DNA of 56,474 nucleotides from a virus (Duplodnaviria; Heunggongvirae; Uroviricota; Caudoviricetes): IMG/VR virus record IMGVR_UViG_2880372215_000005; one strand, 5' to 3'. Shown piece by piece: positions 49,450 to 56,474 of this stretch (position 1 is its first letter; each line of letters starts with the position of its first letter). The notes under the pieces were generated by a model. It saw only the letters and a program-made list of their open reading frames with translations, ran no database searches and was not told where the DNA came from. The position numbers and the translations under genes were made by a program.

Positions 49450-49660
49450 TGTTCAACCGCCCCGCCCGCTTTGCCTTACGATATTCGTCATAAACTTTGG
49501 GGTCGTACTGAAGTTCCCCGCCGGATGCCTCTTGCAGGCGCATCGCGCGACCTTCAGGAACCAGTTCCCCCCATGCAGCAACGCTTGCCAGCCTAACTCC
49601 TGCGACATTGGCAAGCTTTGTTTTGCTGCCAAAAAACGCTATAGCATCAATTTTCAACAT
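49433..49660 (-). CDS. ydaS: Cro-like HTH regulator (YdaS family)
   Basis: 75 aa MLKIDAIAFFGSKTKLANVAGVRLASVAAWGELVPEGRAMRLQEASGGELQYD...; divergent from the repressor gene. Confidence 0.55.
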   Translation of the reverse strand: MLKIDAIAFFGSKTKLANVAGVRLASVAAWGELVPEGRAMRLQEASGGELQYDPKVYDEYRKAKRAGRLNNENHH

Positions 49661-49736
49661 ATCGAAACCCTTAGATTTTCCTAAGGAAACTAGATCGTAG
49701 AGAAACCTAAGTCAAGAAAAATTAGAATTACCTAAT

Positions 49737-50144
49737 ATGAAAAACGAAACCTTCGGTGCTCGCCTCTTATACAGGCGAAAAAAATTAAAACTGTCTCAGG
49801 CCGCATTAGGTAAGCTGGTCAAAGTCGCTCACGTAACAATTTCTCAATGGGAAAGAGATGAAACACAGCCAGCGGGGAAGAGATTATTCGCACTGAGCCA
49901 GGCGCTTCAGTGCTCGCCGACTTGGCTTCTTTTTGGAGATGAAGATAAGCAACCAGGCGAACCGATCCCAGATAATCAGCCAGTCAATCTGACAGAAGAT
50001 CAAAAAGAGTTGCTTCAACTGTTCGACGCACTGCCTGAGTCAGAGCAAAAGGCTCTGTTGTCAGAGATGCGTGCTCGAGTTGAGAATTTCAACAAACTTT
50101 TTGAAGAACTACTCAAAGCTCGCAAAAGAAGCGCAAATAAATAA
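49737..50144 (+). CDS. racR: XRE-family HTH repressor (RacR/CI-like prophage repressor)
   Basis: 135 aa with HTH ..LSQAALGKLVKVAHVTISQWERDETQP..; divergently arranged with the Cro-like gene. Confidence 0.6.
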   Translation: MKNETFGARLLYRRKKLKLSQAALGKLVKVAHVTISQWERDETQPAGKRLFALSQALQCSPTWLLFGDEDKQPGEPIPDNQPVNLTEDQKELLQLFDALPESEQKALLSEMRARVENFNKLFEELLKARKRSANK

Positions 50145-50407
50145 CCCCCCTTTTTTTCGCAACTCTCTGTAATAAAAAGCACAAACTTTCAAATACTTGT
50201 GTTTTTTACATCAAGAAGCTTAGGTTTTTCTACACAAAAAGCTTGACCATAACTCTTAGGCTATTCTAAATTCTACTCATCAAGACACCGCACGGTGTTC
50301 TCAGCAAACAGTTCCGCTACCCGGCGTTAAGGGGAAGCAGAGGATTTCTCAGTGGGCGAGTCAAACATCAGAATGGAAGGCGTCCAGGGATCAGCAAAGA
50401 AACAGCG

Positions 50408-50707
50408 ATGGCGCTTTATATTGATATCAGCGCCATTGCCGGACAGGTAAGAGTTATCAGAGCGGTAACTAAGCGGTATGCGCCTTTACTTCAGAAAGTC
50501 TCTGGTGAGTGCACCGAAGATATTGTCAACGATTTCGTCATCGAACTGCGAGGACTCATCTTCAGTTACAAGGTGACCACAATTTTTGCAGATGGCTCCC
50601 GCGAAACTGTCAGAGCCCTGCGGCTTAAAGGATGTGTCAAAGACTTAGCCACCACATTCTGGGCAAGAAAACTTGATTGTATTCATAACCAATTTCCTCT
50701 CGAGTAA
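50408..50707 (+). CDS. hypothetical protein
   Basis: 99-aa ORF. Confidence 0.3.
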   Translation: MALYIDISAIAGQVRVIRAVTKRYAPLLQKVSGECTEDIVNDFVIELRGLIFSYKVTTIFADGSRETVRALRLKGCVKDLATTFWARKLDCIHNQFPLE

Positions 50708-50779
50708 CAGACCCCTCAGAGGATACCACCTCGCCTGACGTGGTTAAAAAGCAGGCAACGCTAACCACAAGGAGCCGAC

Positions 50780-50998
50780 ATGCAGAAACGAGACCCCGTC
50801 ATCATCGCGCCAGACTATACCGATGATGAACTTTATGAGTGGATGCACCAGAAAATTAAGGCGGTGCAGGACCTGAAATGGGCCAATGAAGCCAGGGCTA
50901 AGCAGGCTGAAAATCTGTCCGCTCTGGAGCAGGATATCACCAATCTGGAAAAAGCAGCGGCATTAAGCATTGCCAGAATGATTACATACCCACGTTAA
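50780..50998 (+). CDS. hypothetical protein
   Basis: 72-aa ORF preceded by AAGGAG. Confidence 0.35.
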   Translation: MQKRDPVIIAPDYTDDELYEWMHQKIKAVQDLKWANEARAKQAENLSALEQDITNLEKAAALSIARMITYPR

Positions 50999-51020
50999 TA
51001 GCTAACCAACGAGGCTAATA

Positions 51021-51428
51021 ATGGAATTTAAAGATTTACCAACGCCATTACAGGAAATGGCATCGAATATAGTTCGTTCACAACTGGCTACTCTTGACCT
51101 TAGTACCGCAGAAAAAGAAACCATCGATAATATGGTTCGTAATGTGCGCAATGCTTTTTCTGGGCTATATGGTTCTGATAATCAAAAGCAGGAAAGCGAT
51201 GTTAATAAACGGGTAATTTCTGTTTGCGTGAATGGCCATGTTCTTTCATCAATCAAAACAGAAACGGCGACAGTCTTCGATTGCCTTTGCATTGTACAGA
51301 GCCTTGTTGATGCCCTGTTTCGTTCAGTGAATTTAGAAAATGATGCAAATCTGCGAGGGCGCATAATAGCACATCCATATGCACATACTTTAGGCTCTGT
51401 GGATATCAAAGATCCCACAAATCTTTAA
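51021..51428 (+). CDS. hypothetical protein
   Basis: 135-aa ORF preceded by GAGG. Confidence 0.35.
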   Translation: MEFKDLPTPLQEMASNIVRSQLATLDLSTAEKETIDNMVRNVRNAFSGLYGSDNQKQESDVNKRVISVCVNGHVLSSIKTETATVFDCLCIVQSLVDALFRSVNLENDANLRGRIIAHPYAHTLGSVDIKDPTNL

Positions 51429-51639
51429 TGAAATAGTTAACGCGAATTGTACTTGCTCTTTCGGTTGCTTTCAGAATACGCGTTGAAACTGCTGGCGGTA
51501 ATTTGGTATTCCATTTATTAAAATCATGCCCGGGAAAGTACTCTTCGAAAATACTTTTAACTGCAGACTCGCCTATTGAAATGCTGCTTACCATGCGATT
51601 TTGATAAAGGCATTTAGCAATAAGAGTTGATTTTAACAT
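51406..51639 (-). CDS. hypothetical protein (convergent with the preceding ORF)
   Basis: 77-aa ORF. Confidence 0.25.
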   Translation of the reverse strand: MLKSTLIAKCLYQNRMVSSISIGESAVKSIFEEYFPGHDFNKWNTKLPPAVSTRILKATERASTIRVNYFIKDLWDL

Positions 51640-52112
51640 TCACCCTCCTGAGGGTTGGTAATTAAGGAGTTCTCCACGGGTGAAGTGGAGTGCGTGCGCC
51701 GGACACGGGTGAACATCCGGCACTGACAGTTTACTGAAAGGATATTTCTCTGAAAAGTCAGAGCATAACGCGAAATGGCGCAGCGGTAAGTATGGCGGGG
51801 TTATTCCTTCCCCGTTGAGGACACCGGGTTGTCAGGTTGACCATACGCTTAAGTGACAACCCCGCTGCAACGCCCTCTGTTATCAATTTTCTGGTGACGT
51901 TTGGCGGCATCTGTTTGCCCATGAACTGATGTCCGCCCTTTTTAAAGTGAATTTTGTGATGCAGTGAATGCGGCTAAGCGCACGCGGAACAGTTAAAACC
52001 AAAAACAGTGTTATGGGGGGATTCTCTGTATCCGGCGTTAATTGTTAACTGGTTAACGTCACCTGGAGGCACCAGGCACCGCATCACAAAATTCATTGTT
52101 GAGGACGCGATA

Positions 52113-52301
52113 ATGGAAACGTTATTACCAAACGTTAATACGTCTGAAGGTTGTTTTGAAATTGGTGTCACTATCAGTAACCCTGTATTTACTGAAGATG
52201 CCATTAACAAGAGAAAACACGAACGGGAGTTATTAAATAAAATATGCATTCTTTCAATGCTGGCCCGTTTACGTCCGATACAAAAAGGATGCTGGCAATG
52301 A
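52113..52301 (+). CDS. kilR: KilR-like cell-division inhibitor
   Basis: METLLPNVNTSEGCFEIGVTISNPVFTEDAINKRKHERELLNKICILSMLARLRPIQKGCWQ (62 aa from internal ATG of ORF 52008..52301). Confidence 0.45.
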   Translation: METLLPNVNTSEGCFEIGVTISNPVFTEDAINKRKHERELLNKICILSMLARLRPIQKGCWQ

Positions 52302-52489
52302 ATACAGCATTTGCACTTGTTCTGACAGTTTTTCTTGTTTCCGGAGAGCCAGTTGATATTGCAGTCAGTGTTCACAGGACAATGCAGGAGTGTGTGACTG
52401 CAGCAACCGAACAGAAAATTCCCGGTAACTGTTACCCTGTCGATAAAGTTATTCACCAGGATAATAACGAAATCCCGGCAGGTCTTTAA
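52298..52489 (+). CDS. small secreted/membrane protein, hypothetical
   Basis: MNTAFALVLTVFLVSGEPVDIAVSV... hydrophobic N-terminus. Confidence 0.3.
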   Translation: MNTAFALVLTVFLVSGEPVDIAVSVHRTMQECVTAATEQKIPGNCYPVDKVIHQDNNEIPAGL

Positions 52490-52581
52490 AACAGTTCCGT
52501 AATAAACATCCGATTTCATTCTTATATGCCAGCAATGGCAGGGATTTGTTCACCCTTAAATCTGTAATGAGGTAAAACAAA

Positions 52582-55053
52582 ATGAGTAAAGTCTTTATTT
52601 GCGCCGCCATTCCGGACGAACAGGCAATAAAGGAAGAAGGTGCAGTCGCTGTAGCCACTGCCATTGAAGCCGGTGATGAACGTCGCGCCCGCGCAAAATT
52701 TCACTGGCAATTCCTGGAGCATTATCCGGCTGCTCAGGACTGCGCTTATAAATTTCTTGTTTGCGAGGATAAACCCGGTATACCCCGCCCTGCCCTCGAT
52801 TCCTGGGATGCTGAATATATGCAGGAAAACCGCTGGGATGAGGGGGCTGCTTCCTTTGTCCCGGTTGAGACTGAATCCGATCCGATGAACGTCGCTTTTG
52901 ACAAGCTGGCCCCTGAAGTACAGAACGCTGTCATGGTTAAGTTCGACACATGTGAAAACATCACCGTTGATATGGTGATTAGCGCGCAGGAATTGTTGCA
53001 GGAAGACATGGCAACATTCGACGGACATATCGTTGAAGCGTTGATGAAAATGCCAGAAGTTAACGCCATGTATCCGGAGCTTAAGCTGCATGCCATCGGG
53101 TGGGTTAAGCATAAATGTAAGCCTGGTGCCAAATGGCCCGAAATTCAGGCAGAAATGCGCATCTGGAAAAAACGTCGCGAAGGTGAACGCAAGGAAACCG
53201 GAAAATACACGTCTGTTGTTGATCTCGCCCGCGCCAGAGTCCACCGACAGCACACTGAAAACTCAGCAGAAAAAATCCCCCCTGTCACTGCAGTCATTCG
53301 TCGCGAATATAAGCAGACATGGAAAACACTGGATGACGAACTGGCCTACGCTCTCTGGCCTGGTGATGTGGATGCCGGAAACATTGACGGCAGCATCCAT
53401 CGCTGGGCAAAAAATGAAGTTATCGACAACGACCGCGAAGACTGGAAGCGTATCTCGGCATCAATGCGCAAACAGCCTGATGCCCTTCGCTACGACCGCC
53501 AGACTATTTTTGGCCTTGTCCGTGAACGTCCGATCGACATTCACAAAGACCCTGTGGCACTGAACAAATACATTACTGAATACCTGACTACAAAGGGCGT
53601 GTTTGAAGATGAAGGAACAAATCAGAGCGCAACTGACACTCTCTCGTCGCCAGTACCAGAAACTGATGCAGTGGAAACGGCAATTCCGGACAACGAAAAA
53701 ACCGAATGCAAAGTGGAAGTCGAACCATCTGTAGAGCGTGAGGGGCCGTTCTACTTCCTCTTCACCGACAAGGATGGCGAAAAATACGGTCGCGCAAACA
53801 AACTTTCTGGTCTGGATAAGGCGCTGGCTGCCGGGGCTACTGAAATCACAAAAGAAGAATATTTTGCCCGAAAAAATGGCACATACACAGGCTTACCGCA
53901 AAATGCAAATACCGCACAAAATTCTGAACAACCAGAACCGGTAAAAGTTACCGCTGACGAAGTAAAGAAAATTATGCAGGCAGCCAATATCAGCCAGCCT
54001 GACGCCAATCAGTTGCTCGCCGCATCACGTGGTGAATTTGTTGCAGGGATTAGCGACCCGAATGATCCGAAATGGGTGAAGGGGATTGAAACCCGCGATT
54101 CTGTGAACCAGAACCAGCAAGAAACGGAACAGAACGACCAGAAAGCGGAACAAAACAGCCCAAATACGCAACAAAACGAGCCAGAAACGAAACAACCTGA
54201 GCCAGTAGCGCAACAGGAACCGGAAAAAGTCTGCACCGCCTGCGGTCAGACCGGCGGCGGCAACTGCCCTGATTGTGGCGCGGTGATGGGCGACGCAACA
54301 TACCAGGAAACATTCGATGAAGAGTATCAGGTTGAAGTTCAGGAAGATGATCCGGAGGAAATGGAAGGCGCTGAACATCCACACAAGGAGAACACTGACG
54401 GCAATCAGCATCACGATAGCGATAATGAAACTGGCGAGACGGCAGATCACTCAATTAAGGTGAACGGTCATCAAGAAATCACATCCACCAGCAGGACGTG
54501 TGACCATCTAATGATCGACCTTGAAACCATGGGAAAAAATCCTGATGCCCCGATCATCTCAATAGGTGCAATATTTTTCGATCCGCAAACCGGAGATATG
54601 GGACCGGAATTTAGTAAGACTATCGATCTGGAAACTGCTGGCGGGGTCATTGATCGGGACACCATTAAATGGTGGCTTAAGCAATCACGCGAAGCGCAAT
54701 CTGCCATTATGACCGATGAAATCCCGTTAGATGATGCACTATTACAATTGCGGGAATTTATCGACGAAAACTCCGGTGAATTTTTTGTTCAGGTCTGGGG
54801 AAATGGAGCCAACTTCGACAACACGATTTTGCGCCGTTCATACGAACGGCAGGGGATCCCCTGCCCGTGGCGTTACTACAACGATCGCGATGTACGCACA
54901 ATCGTTGAGCTGGGGAAAGCCATAGACTTCGATGCCAGAACGGCTATTCCATTCGAAGGTGAGCGCCATAATGCACTTGATGACGCCCGTTACCAGGCAA
55001 AATACGTTTCAGTTATCTGGCAAAAACTGATCCCGAATCAGGCTGATTTTTAA
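52582..55053 (+). CDS. large multidomain protein with C-terminal DEDDh (DnaQ-like) 3'-5' exonuclease domain and a CxxC..CxxC zinc ribbon
   Basis: 823 aa; C-terminus ..HLMIDLETMG...FVQVWGNGANFDNTIL...HNALDDARYQAKY.. (Exo I/II/III motifs); zinc ribbon CTACGQTGGGNCPDCG; Q/E/N-rich linker. Confidence 0.65.
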   Translation: MSKVFICAAIPDEQAIKEEGAVAVATAIEAGDERRARAKFHWQFLEHYPAAQDCAYKFLVCEDKPGIPRPALDSWDAEYMQENRWDEGAASFVPVETESDPMNVAFDKLAPEVQNAVMVKFDTCENITVDMVISAQELLQEDMATFDGHIVEALMKMPEVNAMYPELKLHAIGWVKHKCKPGAKWPEIQAEMRIWKKRREGERKETGKYTSVVDLARARVHRQHTENSAEKIPPVTAVIRREYKQTWKTLDDELAYALWPGDVDAGNIDGSIHRWAKNEVIDNDREDWKRISASMRKQPDALRYDRQTIFGLVRERPIDIHKDPVALNKYITEYLTTKGVFEDEGTNQSATDTLSSPVPETDAVETAIPDNEKTECKVEVEPSVEREGPFYFLFTDKDGEKYGRANKLSGLDKALAAGATEITKEEYFARKNGTYTGLPQNANTAQNSEQPEPVKVTADEVKKIMQAANISQPDANQLLAASRGEFVAGISDPNDPKWVKGIETRDSVNQNQQETEQNDQKAEQNSPNTQQNEPETKQPEPVAQQEPEKVCTACGQTGGGNCPDCGAVMGDATYQETFDEEYQVEVQEDDPEEMEGAEHPHKENTDGNQHHDSDNETGETADHSIKVNGHQEITSTSRTCDHLMIDLETMGKNPDAPIISIGAIFFDPQTGDMGPEFSKTIDLETAGGVIDRDTIKWWLKQSREAQSAIMTDEIPLDDALLQLREFIDENSGEFFVQVWGNGANFDNTILRRSYERQGIPCPWRYYNDRDVRTIVELGKAIDFDARTAIPFEGERHNALDDARYQAKYVSVIWQKLIPNQADF

Positions 55054-55117
55054 TGTTCAACCCCGGTCGTTGCCCACCAGCTATAGTGGCGGCGACCATG
55101 ATTAGCGAACGACGCTC

Positions 55118-55366
55118 ATGGCAAGACTTATTCTGCTCACTGAGTGGGCAAAAGAGGAATTCAGTGAACCGGTCCCAACTCCGAGTACGTTAAGTAAATA
55201 CGCTAAAGCCGGAATGATATTTCCTCTCCCCAAAAAAGTTGGAAGACGCTGGCGAGTGGATCCGCAAGCTCGCTTTGTCGGAATGGTAAACAAGCCGGAG
55301 GTGATCGCCACAGATCACCCTGCTTTGAAGAGGATACTGGAAGATGGCGCGCCCGCGAAAATATAA
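55118..55366 (+). CDS. xis: excisionase-like protein
   Basis: 82-aa ORF immediately upstream of and overlapping the integrase gene. Confidence 0.5.
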   Translation: MARLILLTEWAKEEFSEPVPTPSTLSKYAKAGMIFPLPKKVGRRWRVDPQARFVGMVNKPEVIATDHPALKRILEDGAPAKI

Positions 55367-56474
55367 AACCGATGTTCCGGGATTATCTCCGTATTTTGAC
55401 AAAAGAAATAACAAAGTTTACTGGCGTTACAGGCATCCCATAACAGGCAAAAATCACGGTCTCGGCAGTATTGACCAGAAACTGGCAGAAACTATTGCAG
55501 CAGAAGCGAACAGCCGTCTTGCCCGGCAGCAAATGGAACAAATGCTCAGTCTGCAGGAGAAAATTATTAGTGATACCGGCGGTTCATCAACCGTTACCAT
55601 TTTTCTGAATAATTACAGAAAAATTCAACAGGAAAGATATGAAAACGGCGAGATCAAACTCAACACGCTGAAACAGAAAGCGGCCCCTCTCAGGGTATTT
55701 GATGAACGTTTTGGCACCAGACCGTTAGATGCCATAACCGTAAAAGATGTGGTATCAGTACTGGAAGAGTACAAGGCCAGAGGACATAACAGAATGGGAC
55801 AAATTTTCAGGAAAGTACTGATCGATGTTTTCCGGGAAGCTCAGCAAACGGGCGATGTCCCGCCAGGCTTTAACCCTGCAGAATCGGCAAAAAAACCGCA
55901 GGTGCGGATATCAAGACAGCGACTGACTTTTGATGAGTGGATGATGATTTATAACGCAGCGGAAAAGGATGGTTACTTTTTACAGCGCGGTATGCTGCTG
56001 GCACTGATGACAGGCCAGCGCCTTTCAGATATTTGCAAAATGCAATTTTCGGATATCCGGGATGGTTATCTTCATGTCGAACAGCAAAAAACAGGAACCC
56101 GGATTGCCATCCCTCTGGCTCTGCGTTGCGATAAATTAAATCTCACCCTGGATGATGTGGTGTCATCCTGCCGCGATTGCGTTCTTAGTCCGTGGCTATT
56201 GCACCACCATCACGCGAAAGGGACAGCTAAGCGCGGCGGGATGGTTAAGCCAGCAACATTAACCGTTGCATTTAAAAAAGCCCGGGATTCTGTGGATTAC
56301 AACTGGCGTGCTAATGGCACCCCTCCCTCTTTCCATGAGCAGAGATCTTTATCAGAGCGATTGTTCAGAGAGCAGGGGGTTGATACCAAAATTTTGCTAG
56401 GCCATTCGAATCAAAAAATGACCGATATTTACAACGACGCACGCGGTAAGGAATGGAAAAAACTGGTCATTTGA
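55344..56474 (+). CDS. int: tyrosine site-specific integrase (lambda Int family)
   Basis: 376 aa; MARPRKYKTDVPGLSPYFDKRNNKVYWRYRHPITGKNHGLGS... and C-terminal catalytic region (..HEQRSLSERLF..LLGHSNQKMTDIYNDARGKEW..). Confidence 0.85.
   Translation: MARPRKYKTDVPGLSPYFDKRNNKVYWRYRHPITGKNHGLGSIDQKLAETIAAEANSRLARQQMEQMLSLQEKIISDTGGSSTVTIFLNNYRKIQQERYENGEIKLNTLKQKAAPLRVFDERFGTRPLDAITVKDVVSVLEEYKARGHNRMGQIFRKVLIDVFREAQQTGDVPPGFNPAESAKKPQVRISRQRLTFDEWMMIYNAAEKDGYFLQRGMLLALMTGQRLSDICKMQFSDIRDGYLHVEQQKTGTRIAIPLALRCDKLNLTLDDVVSSCRDCVLSPWLLHHHHAKGTAKRGGMVKPATLTVAFKKARDSVDYNWRANGTPPSFHEQRSLSERLFREQGVDTKILLGHSNQKMTDIYNDARGKEWKKLVI

Noticed and set aside
52582-55053. Calling the 823-aa protein RecE (exonuclease VIII)
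   Set aside because: The C-terminal nuclease has DnaQ-like DEDDh motifs, not the RecE PD-(D/E)xK fold, and no recT follows; kept as an exonuclease-domain protein of uncertain family.

Overview
This window looks like an Escherichia coli-type chromosome: the 3' end of an ompN-like porin gene and uspF (1..1343), followed by a ~55 kb lambdoid prophage that runs to a tyrosine integrase at the window end. The layout matches the Rac integration locus, but the prophage is a mosaic. All calls are from reading the sequence and the supplied ORF translations; no database search was run. Reading from low to high coordinates (most genes on the minus strand): three NleG-like effector paralogs, a collagen-repeat tail fiber, lom, J, a sodC moron on the opposite strand between I and J, then I-K-L-M-H-G/GT-V, the head-tail joining genes, a ~7.3 kb tandemly duplicated head module (copy A carries many frameshifts), TerL, TerS, a GTTAAC-repeat candidate cos region and HNH. 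Next come a Qin-like lysis cassette (Rz/Rz1, antirepressor, frameshifted SAR endolysin, YdfR-like, pinholin), a NanS-p-like esterase, tRNA-Arg(UCU) and tRNA-Ile2(CAU), an orphan amino-methyltransferase, a Q-like gene with a downstream terminator, rusA, a DUF968 protein, hok/mok, a periplasmic binding-protein-like moron, O/P-like replication genes, a RacR/YdaS/YdaT-type immunity region, kilR-like, a large exonuclease-domain protein, xis and int. No stx genes, CRISPR array or IS element were seen. The most notable points are the tandem head-module duplication with its chimeric junction ORF, the single-base indels scattered through it (real decay or assembly error cannot be told apart here), and the virulence and fitness cargo (nleG, sodC, lom, NanS-p).
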